A stretch of 22,467 nt of DNA from positions 1 through 22,467 of the forward strand of contig JANPEF010000064.1 in assembly GCA_031431875.1 (NCBI GenBank). Reading direction: 5' to 3'. This DNA is from Candidatus Eiseniibacteriota bacterium (GTDB lineage Bacteria; Eisenbacteria; RBG-16-71-46; DASYSL01). The position numbers were made by a program, and so were the translations under genes. Of this stretch, positions 15,275 through 22,467 are shown piece by piece. The notes beneath the pieces are model-generated. The model did not search any database, was not told the origin of the DNA, and worked only from the letters and a program-made list of their open reading frames with translations. Position 1 is the first letter of the stretch. Each line of letters begins with the position of its first letter.

Positions 15275-17130
15275 GCGCGCCCACCACCGTCGGCCGGATC
15301 CATCGCCTCGACCCGCGCACCGCCTCGCGCATCGCCGCGGGCGAGGTGCTCGATCGCCCGGTCGCGGCGCTCAAGGAACTGGTCGAGAACGCGCTCGACG
15401 CCGGGGCGACGACGATCGAGATCACCGTCGACGGCGGCCTCGACCGCGCCTTTGAGGTCGCCGACGACGGCGTCGGCCTGTCCGCCGACGAGTTGCCGGT
15501 CGCGCTCGAGCGCCACGCCACGAGCAAGATCAAGGCGCTCGAGGATCTCGACGCACTGGCGACGCTTGGCTTCCGCGGCGAGGCGATCCCGTCCATCGCC
15601 GAGGTCAGTCGCTTCGCAATCCTGTCGCGCCCCCGCGACGGCGGCGATGGCCACCGCATCGCCGTCGAGGGCGGCGTGATCGCGGGCGTCGTGCCGGCGG
15701 CCCGCGCGGCCGGCACGACCGTCTCGGTGCGCGACCTGTTCTTCAACACGCCGGCGCGCAAGCGCTTCCTCAAATCGTCCGCCTCGGAGCTGCGCCAGGC
15801 CGACCGCATGCTGCACGCGCTCGCCGTCGCCCACCCCGAGGTCGCGTTCCGCTTCGTCGTCGACGGGCGCCCGCGCCTGACGCTGCCGATCGCCGCCGAT
15901 CGGCGCGAGCGCCTGGTCGCGTTGCACGGCGCACCATTCGTCGAGCGCCTGCTGCCGGTGCGCGAGGAGCGCCCGGGCTTCGTATTCGAGGCGTGGCTCG
16001 GCGTGCCCGAAATGGCACGCGTCACACGCGAGGCGCAGACCATCCTCGTCAACCGGCGCTGGGTGCAGAGCATCGTGCTGTCGCAGGCGCTGCGCCAGGG
16101 CTACGGGAACCTGCTCGCCCCGGGTCGGCATCCGACGGCGATCCTCGCCTTCGATCTCGACCCGGCCAGCGTCGACGTGAACGTGCATCCGACCAAGCGC
16201 GAGATCCGCTTTGCGCGCGAGGATGCGATGTTCAGCTACGTCGTCCAGGCGGTGAGCAAGCCGATGGCGTTGCTGGCGCCGCGCTATGTGCCCGCCGGCC
16301 GCCCCGAGCCCGGGCCGCCGACGCTCGCCGAGCTGACGCATGAGGACCGCCGCCAGCCGAACCTGTTCGCCACCGACCCGGCGCGACCGGGACTGCTTGC
16401 CGGACCGGCCGTCCCCGGCGGCCTCGCGGTCGTCACCGGCGGCGGCACGCTGATCGGCGGCACCGGCGCGACGGCCGAGGGCGGCGCGCTGCGCCTCGTG
16501 GCCGGGGGCGATGCGGGCGCGGCCGCCTCGGCAGAAGCGCTGCCATCGACGCGCCTGCCCGACCTGTGGCAGCTCCACGAGACGTACATCCTCGCGCCGA
16601 TCGCCGGCGGGCTCCTCATCGTCGACCAGCATGCCGCGCACGAGCGCATCCTCTACGAGGAGGCGCGGGCGCGCATCGAGGGACGCGCGACGGCGAGCCA
16701 GGGCTTGCTGTTCACGCTGTCCGTCGACCTCACGCGCGACCAATTCGACCTCGCGCTCGAGATCATGCCCGCGCTGACCAAGCTCGGCTTCGAGCTGAGC
16801 ACGCTGTCGCCGCCCTCCGTGATGCTTCGCGCGGTACCGGCCGGCATCGGCGTGCGCGAGCCGGCCACGCTGCTGCGCGACGTCCTCGACGGCCTCGGCG
16901 AACACCACGGCCGCAGCATGGCGAAGGACGAGCCGTGGGATCGCGTTGCCAAGTCGTTCGCCTGCCATGCCGCCGTGCGCGCCGGCGAGCGGCTTTCGCG
17001 CGAGGAGATGAATCACCTGGTCGATCGCCTGTTCGCCACCGACCTGCCGCACGGCGATCCCCACGGGCGCCCGACGTTCGTGCGCGTCGACCTGCACGAG
17101 TTGAACCAGCGCTTCGGACGGAGCGACTGA
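15271..17130 (+). CDS. mutL: DNA mismatch repair endonuclease MutL
   Basis: Motifs IAAGEV..RP...KELVENALDAGA, HATSKI, LGFRGEA, LFFNTPARKRFLKS, VDVNVHPTK, DQHAAHERILYE, ACH and PHGRP. GTG start at 15271, about 619 aa. Confidence 0.97.
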   Translation: MSAPTTVGRIHRLDPRTASRIAAGEVLDRPVAALKELVENALDAGATTIEITVDGGLDRAFEVADDGVGLSADELPVALERHATSKIKALEDLDALATLGFRGEAIPSIAEVSRFAILSRPRDGGDGHRIAVEGGVIAGVVPAARAAGTTVSVRDLFFNTPARKRFLKSSASELRQADRMLHALAVAHPEVAFRFVVDGRPRLTLPIAADRRERLVALHGAPFVERLLPVREERPGFVFEAWLGVPEMARVTREAQTILVNRRWVQSIVLSQALRQGYGNLLAPGRHPTAILAFDLDPASVDVNVHPTKREIRFAREDAMFSYVVQAVSKPMALLAPRYVPAGRPEPGPPTLAELTHEDRRQPNLFATDPARPGLLAGPAVPGGLAVVTGGGTLIGGTGATAEGGALRLVAGGDAGAAASAEALPSTRLPDLWQLHETYILAPIAGGLLIVDQHAAHERILYEEARARIEGRATASQGLLFTLSVDLTRDQFDLALEIMPALTKLGFELSTLSPPSVMLRAVPAGIGVREPATLLRDVLDGLGEHHGRSMAKDEPWDRVAKSFACHAAVRAGERLSREEMNHLVDRLFATDLPHGDPHGRPTFVRVDLHELNQRFGRSD

Positions 17131-18119
17131 TGTCGCCCCCCCGCGTGCCGTTCGTCCTCACGGGCGCGACCGGCACGGGGAAGACCGCGGTCGCGATCGA
17201 GCTCGCCGAGCGCCTCGACGGCACCGTCTTCTGTGCCGACGCACGCCAGCTCTACCGGGGGCTCGACATCGCCACCGGCAAGCCGTCGGCGGCCGAGCGC
17301 GCCCGCGTGCCGCACGTCGGCTTCGACCTGCTCGACCCGCGCGAACCCACCTCGGCCGGCCTCTACGCGCGCACGATGGGGGAGGCGATCGGCGCCCACG
17401 AGGCGAGCGGGCGCGTGCCGCTGCTCGTCGGCGGCAGCGGACTGTACCTGCGCGCGCTCCACACCGGGCTTGCCGACGTGCCGCCGATCGCCGCCGACGT
17501 GCGCGCCCGGGTGCGCGCGCGACTTGCCGCACAGGGACCCGAGGCGCTGCACGTCGAACTGGGCACGCTCGACCCCGTGCTCGCCGCCCGGCTCGCGCCG
17601 CGCGATGGGCAGCGCATCGCGCGCGGGCTCGAGGTGGTCCTCGGCACCGGTCGACCGCTCACCGCGTGGCAGCAGTCGACGGGGAAGGAGCCACCCACCT
17701 GGTTCTGGGTTGCGCTGGTGCGCCCGCGCGACGAGGCGCAGCGCGAGCTGGCCGCGCGCGCCCACGGGTTTTTCGCCGCGGGCCTGGTCGACGAGGTGCG
17801 CCGCCTCCTCGCCGCCGGTTTCCCGGCCGGCGCGCCGGCATTCGATGCGCTTGGCTACCGCGAGGCGATCGCGGTGGAGGCGGGCACGCTCCGGCTCGAC
17901 GACGCCGTCGATCTCCTCTCCCGGCACACGATCCAGTACGCGAAGCGCCAGGCGACGTGGCTGCGCGGCGAGGCGCGGCGCGTCGACCTCTCCTTTCGCG
18001 AGATCGGACCCCACGAATCGCCCGGCCAGGTCGCCGCCGAGCTCGCCGCGCGCTATCACGAAGCGGTCACCCGCGCCGACGGCCCGCGCCCGACGGTCGA
18101 AGGCCGAGTTTCCAATTGA
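17130..18119 (+). CDS. miaA: tRNA (adenosine(37)-N6)-dimethylallyltransferase
   Basis: ATG at 17130 overlaps the mutL stop (TGATG). Motifs GATGTGKT, DARQLYRGLDIATGKP, VGGSGLY, RIARGLEV, LGYRE and YAKRQATW. Classic mutL-miaA order. About 329 aa. Confidence 0.96.
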   Translation: MSPPRVPFVLTGATGTGKTAVAIELAERLDGTVFCADARQLYRGLDIATGKPSAAERARVPHVGFDLLDPREPTSAGLYARTMGEAIGAHEASGRVPLLVGGSGLYLRALHTGLADVPPIAADVRARVRARLAAQGPEALHVELGTLDPVLAARLAPRDGQRIARGLEVVLGTGRPLTAWQQSTGKEPPTWFWVALVRPRDEAQRELAARAHGFFAAGLVDEVRRLLAAGFPAGAPAFDALGYREAIAVEAGTLRLDDAVDLLSRHTIQYAKRQATWLRGEARRVDLSFREIGPHESPGQVAAELAARYHEAVTRADGPRPTVEGRVSN

Positions 18120-18144
18120 CGATCCCCCGGCAGGCGTCCAGATT
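18116..18144 (+). promoter_or_regulatory. Putative promoter for tRNA-Gly and the der operon
   Basis: TTGACG (18116-18121, overlapping the miaA stop)-17 nt-CAGATT (18139-18144). Confidence 0.5.
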
Positions 18145-18204
18145 GAGCTCGTCCCCGGCGCCGGCTCGACTCGTCGATCCTGTGTTCCTGTCGGGTTTTA
18201 CGGG

Positions 18205-18279
18205 GCGGGCATAACTCAACGGTAGAGTGTCAGCTTCCCAAGCTGAATGTTGCGGGTTCAAATCCCGTTGCCCGCTCCA
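18205..18279 (+). tRNA. tRNA-Gly (anticodon CCC)
   Basis: Acceptor stem GCGGGCA/TGCCCGC plus TCCA. Anticodon arm TCAGC-TTCCCAA-GCTGA. T arm GCGGG-TTCAAAT-CCCGT. Confidence 0.97.
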
Positions 18280-18320
18280 ATTTCCCCTCCTCGCCCCGGC
18301 CTCGCGTCGGTGGAGACCCC

Positions 18321-19634
18321 GTGCGCCACCCGATCGTCGCCATCCTCGGCCGCCCCAACGTCGGCAAGTCGACGTTGTTCAACCGGATCCTCGGCCAGCG
18401 CATCGCGGTGGTCGACGACCGCCCGGGCATCACCAAGGATCGCCACTTCGCGCTGGCCGACTGGAACGGCCGCAGCTTCCAGCTCGTCGACACCGGCGGA
18501 TTCTTGCCCGACATCGCCCAGGGCCTCGAGGCGGCCGTGCGCCGCCAGGCCGAGCTGGCCCTCGACGCCTGCGCGGTCGCGCTGTTCATCGGCGATGCCA
18601 AGACCGGGCTGACCGACCTCGACGGCGCGATCGCCCGCTCGCTGCGCAGGCGCGGCTGCCCGGCGATCCTCGTGGTCAACAAGGCCGACGATCCGCGCAA
18701 CCCCGTCGAGGCCGAGTTCCACCGCCTGGGCCTGGGGACGCCGATCGCCGTCTCGGCCGAGCAGGGTCACTCGATCGGCGACCTGCTCGACCAGGTCGTC
18801 GCACTGCTGCCGCCGCCCGAGCCCGACACGCACGAGGACGATTCCATCCGCGTCGCCATCGTCGGCCGCCCGAACGTCGGCAAGTCCTCGCTGGTCAACG
18901 CGCTGCTCAGCGAGGAGCGCATGGTGGTCGACGACAAGCCGGGGACGACGGTCGACGCGGTGGACAGCCCGTACGAGACCCACGAAGGACGCTTCATCCT
19001 CGTCGACACGGCCGGCCTGCGCCACGAGCAGACGTTCGAGGAGGACGCCGAGTTCTACGCCACGCTGCGGACCATTCGCGCGGTCGAGCGTTCGGACGTC
19101 GTCATGGTCATGCTCGAGGCCGGCCCGGGGTTCGTGCGCCAGGACGCGCGCATCATTGCCGCGGCGCAGGAGGCCTCGAAGCCGGTCCTGCTCGCCTACA
19201 ACAAATGGGACCTGATCGAGGACAAGACCGATCGCTGGGACGAGCTCGAGGAGCAGCGTGACGATCGCTACCCGACGCTGACGCGCCTGCCGCGCATCGC
19301 AATCTCGGCCAAGGACAAGATCCGCCTGTCGCGCCTGCCCGGCCTATGGAAGGAGCTGCACGACGAGAACACGCGTCGCGTGCCCACGCACCGCCTCAAC
19401 GAGTGGCTCAAGCAGGTGCAGGCCGAGAAAGCGCCGCCGGCGACGCGCGTGGGCCGGCCGGCGCGCATCTACTTCATGACGCAGGCCGCCTCGGCGCCGC
19501 CCAAGTTCATCATCTTCGCCAGTCACCCCGAGGCCGTGAACTCCTCGTACCACCGCTTCCTGCTCAACCGCCTGCGCGACGAGTTCGGCTACGCCGCGGC
19601 CAGCGTGAAGCTCGAAGTGCGCAAGAGCGAATGA
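18321..19634 (+). CDS. der: Ribosome biogenesis GTPase Der (EngA)
   Basis: Two GTPase domains (GRPNVGKS/DTGG/NKAD and GRPNVGKS/DTAG/NKWD) and a KH-like C-terminus. GGAG RBS. Confidence 0.97.
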   Translation: MRHPIVAILGRPNVGKSTLFNRILGQRIAVVDDRPGITKDRHFALADWNGRSFQLVDTGGFLPDIAQGLEAAVRRQAELALDACAVALFIGDAKTGLTDLDGAIARSLRRRGCPAILVVNKADDPRNPVEAEFHRLGLGTPIAVSAEQGHSIGDLLDQVVALLPPPEPDTHEDDSIRVAIVGRPNVGKSSLVNALLSEERMVVDDKPGTTVDAVDSPYETHEGRFILVDTAGLRHEQTFEEDAEFYATLRTIRAVERSDVVMVMLEAGPGFVRQDARIIAAAQEASKPVLLAYNKWDLIEDKTDRWDELEEQRDDRYPTLTRLPRIAISAKDKIRLSRLPGLWKELHDENTRRVPTHRLNEWLKQVQAEKAPPATRVGRPARIYFMTQAASAPPKFIIFASHPEAVNSSYHRFLLNRLRDEFGYAAASVKLEVRKSE

Positions 19635-19638
19635 CGTC

Positions 19639-20289
19639 GTGAACGCCCCCGCCTCCGTCGCCCTTGTCGCCACCGTCGGCTTCGCGCTCGGCGCGCTGCC
19701 GTTCGGCCTGTGGGTGGGACGTCTGGCGCGCGGCGTCGATATCCGGCAGCACGGCAGCGGCAACCTCGGCGCGACCAACGTCTATCGCACGCTCGGTCCG
19801 GGGCTGGGCCTCATGGTCTTCGGGCTCGACCTGGCCAAGGGCGTCGCGGCGGTCTACGCGGGCCGCGCCCTCGCCGGCCCCGCGTTCCCTGGCGACGCCG
19901 AATCGGCCGGGCTCATCGGCGCACTCGCCGCGGTGCTGGGCCACAGCTTCACGCCGCTGGCGGGCTTCCGCGGTGGCAAGGGCGCGGCGACCGCGGCGGG
20001 GGCGATGCTGGCGGCGACCCCTGCCGCCTCGAGCGTGGCGCTCGTGGGCTTCGTGGTCGCGGTTGCGCTGACCCACCGCATCTCGGTCGGCTCGCTCACC
20101 GCGGCGGTCCTGCTGGGGACCCTCCTGTGGGCCGCGCCGTTCGCCTGGCAGGGCACCGCCGCGGCCTGGATGGGGACCGGCGTGGCCGTCCTCATCATCC
20201 TGCGCCACGTGCCGAACATTCGCCGCCTCCTGCGCGGCGAAGAGCCGCCCTTCCGCTTCCGACGCGATGTCGAGCAGGCCCACCCGTGA
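19639..20289 (+). CDS. plsY: Glycerol-3-phosphate 1-O-acyltransferase PlsY
   Basis: Motifs DIRQHGSGNLGATNVYR, DLAKG, GHSF...FRGGKGAAT and RHVPNIRRLLRGEE. Known der-plsY-gpsA gene order. Confidence 0.96.
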   Translation: MNAPASVALVATVGFALGALPFGLWVGRLARGVDIRQHGSGNLGATNVYRTLGPGLGLMVFGLDLAKGVAAVYAGRALAGPAFPGDAESAGLIGALAAVLGHSFTPLAGFRGGKGAATAAGAMLAATPAASSVALVGFVVAVALTHRISVGSLTAAVLLGTLLWAAPFAWQGTAAAWMGTGVAVLIILRHVPNIRRLLRGEEPPFRFRRDVEQAHP

Positions 20290-21299
20290 GCGTCGCGACG
20301 AAGGCCGTTGTCCTCGGCGCCGGCTCCTGGGGGACGACGCTGGCCAACCACCTCGCGGCGGGGGGTCACCCGGTCGCCCTGTGGGACGGGGACGGGGTCA
20401 ACCTGGACCGGATCCGGACCGAACGAACCAACGCGAAGTACTTGCCGGGCATTGCGCTCCATCGATCGGTGGAGGTAGTCTCGGAACTCGCCGCCGCACT
20501 CGAGGATGCCACCCTGGTCACCTGGGCTGTCCCCTCGATCGCCCTGCGCGAGGTGGCGCGCCGCGCCTGTCCGGCGTTTCCGGTTGCCGCGCTCGAGGCT
20601 TGCGCGACGAAAGGACTCGAGCCCGCCGCCGCGGGCGAGCGTCCGCGGCGCATGAGCGAGGTCCTCGCCGAGGAACTGGGCGAGCGCCCGCGAGCGATGC
20701 TGGTCGGCCCGAGCCACGCCGAGGAAGTGGCGCGCGGCGTGCCGACGTCGATTGTCGCCGCGGCCGCCCGCCTCGAGTGGGCCGAGCAGGTGCAGCAGGT
20801 GTTCTTCGCGCCGCGCTTTCGCGTGTACGCGCAGGACGACCTGGTCGGCGTCGAGTTCGCGAGCGCGCTCAAGAACGTGATCGCGCTCGCCGCCGGCGTG
20901 AGCGACGGGCTGGGCTACGGCGACAACACGAAGGGTGCGCTGCTCACCCGCGGGCTCGCCGAGATGAGCCGCCTCGGCATCGCGCTCGGCGGACGTCGCG
21001 AGACGTTCTACGGGCTGTCGGGCATGGGCGACCTGGTGACGACGGCGATCAGCCGCCACAGTCGCAATCGTCGCGTCGGCGAGGAACTGGCACACGGCAA
21101 GTCGCTGGCCGACGCGCTCGCCGTGCTCGGCCAGGTGGCCGAGGGAGTGAACACCGCACGGCCCGCGCAGGCGCTCGCCGCCGCGCACGGGGTGGACGTA
21201 CCGATCACGCGCGAGGTTTGCGCGCTGCTGTTCGAGGGCAAGTCGGCGAACGACGCGCTCGCCGCCCTGCTCGCACGCGATCCCAAGCGCGAAGGTTGA
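20286..21299 (+). CDS. gpsA: NAD(P)H-dependent glycerol-3-phosphate dehydrogenase
   Basis: GTG at 20286 overlaps the plsY stop. Motifs VLGAGSWGT, TKGLE, GPSHAEEV, ALKNVIALAAG, GDNTKGALLTRGLAE, GMGDLVTT, SRNRRVG and AEGV. Confidence 0.97.
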   Translation: MSVATKAVVLGAGSWGTTLANHLAAGGHPVALWDGDGVNLDRIRTERTNAKYLPGIALHRSVEVVSELAAALEDATLVTWAVPSIALREVARRACPAFPVAALEACATKGLEPAAAGERPRRMSEVLAEELGERPRAMLVGPSHAEEVARGVPTSIVAAAARLEWAEQVQQVFFAPRFRVYAQDDLVGVEFASALKNVIALAAGVSDGLGYGDNTKGALLTRGLAEMSRLGIALGGRRETFYGLSGMGDLVTTAISRHSRNRRVGEELAHGKSLADALAVLGQVAEGVNTARPAQALAAAHGVDVPITREVCALLFEGKSANDALAALLARDPKREG

Positions 21300-21323
21300 C
21301 GCGCCGGAGGGAAGGAGTTCGCC

Positions 21324-21722
21324 GTGCCGAAGAAGACCGTCATCGAAGCCCCCGAGAAACCGTATCGCTCGATCAGCGAGGTCTCGGAGCTGCTCGACAT
21401 CAAGCCGCACGTGCTGCGCTACTGGGAGACGCAATTCGCGTCACTGCGTCCGCGCAAGAACCGGGCGGGCAACCGCATGTATCGCCCCGAGGAGATCAAG
21501 CTCCTCTACACGATCAAGGAGTTGCTCTACGGCCGGCGCTACACGATCGAAGGTGCCAAGCGCAGCCTGCAGGCGGAGAAGAAGCAGCCGTCGGGCCAGC
21601 TCGAGATGGGCTTCAAGGACGCGGGCCGCAAGGTGATCCTCGACGAGATCCGCAGCGAACTGGTCAAGATCGCCACGAAGTTGAAGGAAGCGCCGCCCAA
21701 GCGCCGCGTCCTGCGCACCTGA
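21324..21722 (+). CDS. MerR-family HTH DNA-binding protein
   Basis: YRSISEVSELLDIKPHVLRYWETQF..LRPRKNRAGNRMY...IKELLY...YTIEGAK. AAGGAG RBS. Confidence 0.92.
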   Translation: MPKKTVIEAPEKPYRSISEVSELLDIKPHVLRYWETQFASLRPRKNRAGNRMYRPEEIKLLYTIKELLYGRRYTIEGAKRSLQAEKKQPSGQLEMGFKDAGRKVILDEIRSELVKIATKLKEAPPKRRVLRT

Positions 21723-21730
21723 TTTCGCGC

Positions 21731-21760
21731 TTGTCGGCGGGGCCGTCCGTCGACTAACGT
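21731..21760 (+). promoter_or_regulatory. Putative promoter for tRNA-Pro
   Basis: TTGTCG-18 nt-TAACGT. A leader hairpin CCGTCCG-caga-CGGACGG follows at 21773-21790. Confidence 0.5.
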
Positions 21761-21797
21761 GCGCTTCGTACGCCGTCCGCAGACGGACGGTCTCGGT

Positions 21798-21874
<77 letters not shown>

Positions 21875-21885
21875 TCGTCCGACCT

Positions 21886-21915
21886 CGGGGGCCCGCCGGG
21901 CCTCCGTTTTCGTTT
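21886..21915 (+). terminator. Intrinsic terminator after tRNA-Pro
   Basis: Hairpin CGGGGGCCC-gcc-GGGCCTCCG (one G-U pair) followed by TTTTCGTTT. Confidence 0.75.
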
Positions 21916-21938
21916 CGGCCCTCCCCGCGGATCGCCTC

Positions 21939-22467
21939 GTGTCGACTTCTCCCGGACTCCTCCTCCACCGCACCGCCGCCCGCCTCGCGCGGAGGCTCCC
22001 GCGTCCCGTTGCCGTGGGCCTCGCCCGCGGCATCGCCGTCGGGTTCCGCGCGCTGTCGCCCGGCCGCCGGGCCGCGGTCCGCGCCAACCTCGTGCGACTG
22101 CGTCCCGGTGCCGACGCCCGCGCGCTCGATCGCCTCGTCGCCGCCACCTTCGGCGCGTTCGCCGAGTCGCTGATCGACGCCTGGCGGCTCGACCTGCGCG
22201 ATGGCGGCCCGGCATGCACCGTCGAGGGCGCCGATGGCCTGCGCGCCGTGCTCGCCGGCGGGCGCGGGGTCGTCCTGTGGAGCGCGCACTTCGGCAACTG
22301 GGAGCTGGCCGCCGCCGCCCTCGCGCGCGAGGGCTTCGACGTCGCCGCGCTGGCGCGACCGCACGCCGATCCCGGCGTCGATCGCTTCTTCGCCGCGCGC
22401 CGGGCCGCCGCCGGTGTGCGCGTCGTCGGGGGCTGCGCGCTCGCGCGCGGCGCGCGCACGACGTTGC
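21939..22467 (+). CDS. Lipid A lauroyl/lysophospholipid acyltransferase family protein (HtrB/LpxL/PatA-like), 3'-truncated
   Basis: Not in the ORF track because there is no stop inside the window. Frame +3 from GTG 21939 reads ...RAAVRANL...VEGADGLRAVLAGGRGVVLWSAHFGNWELAAA..., with the HxGNWE motif at 22287-22304. Confidence 0.88.
   Translation, partial: MSTSPGLLLHRTAARLARRLPRPVAVGLARGIAVGFRALSPGRRAAVRANLVRLRPGADARALDRLVAATFGAFAESLIDAWRLDLRDGGPACTVEGADGLRAVLAGGRGVVLWSAHFGNWELAAAALAREGFDVAALARPHADPGVDRFFAARRAAAGVRVVGGCALARGARTTL

Noticed and set aside
11986..17097. 1703-aa minus-strand ORF
   Set aside because: Antisense shadow of the PPIase and mutL genes. Long stop-free frames are expected at this GC content, the sequence is Arg/Ala/Gly-rich, and it has no motifs.
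5774..20285. N-terminal extensions given in the ORF track (starts 5774, 7900, 12164, 15091, 16566, 19710)
   Set aside because: They run through neighbouring genes. Starts overlapping the upstream stops (5945, 8032, 15271, 17130, 20286) or at 11972 fit family lengths better, so these are not fusions.

Overview
Very GC-rich bacterial chromosomal segment. A FlgD-Ig/T9SS-like C-terminal sorting domain and the general gene style suggest an FCB-related candidate phylum such as Eisenbacteria; this is inference only. No mobile elements, CRISPR arrays or rRNA are visible. Left part: the 3' end of a large modular secreted protein; a convergent bifunctional homocysteine methyltransferase/MTHFR gene; then a translationally coupled operon of a SpoIVB-like S55 peptidase, a secreted beta-propeller/FN3-Ig protein and a GT87-like membrane glycosyltransferase, followed by a DUF4440 lipoprotein and a PPC/DUF296 protein. 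Middle: a secreted cyclophilin and pgeF on the minus strand, with pgeF overlapping head-to-head the start of a 980-aa multi-module parvulin/PpiD-like chaperone. Right: small ORF-mutL-miaA-tRNA-Gly(CCC)-der-plsY-gpsA-MerR-like-tRNA-Pro(GGG), then a truncated lipid A/lysophospholipid acyltransferase missing from the ORF track. Most interesting: (1) the S55 peptidase appears circularly permuted relative to SpoIVB, lacks a recognisable PDZ domain and is coupled to an uncharacterised propeller partner; (2) pgeF is exactly bracketed by 12-bp inverted repeats that each contain an extended -10 element, with a near-consensus promoter pointing antisense through pgeF (excludon-like or invertible-segment hypothesis); (3) two divergent-promoter regions share two identical 11-mers; (4) MutL has a Cys-to-Asp change in the CPHGRP zinc motif.
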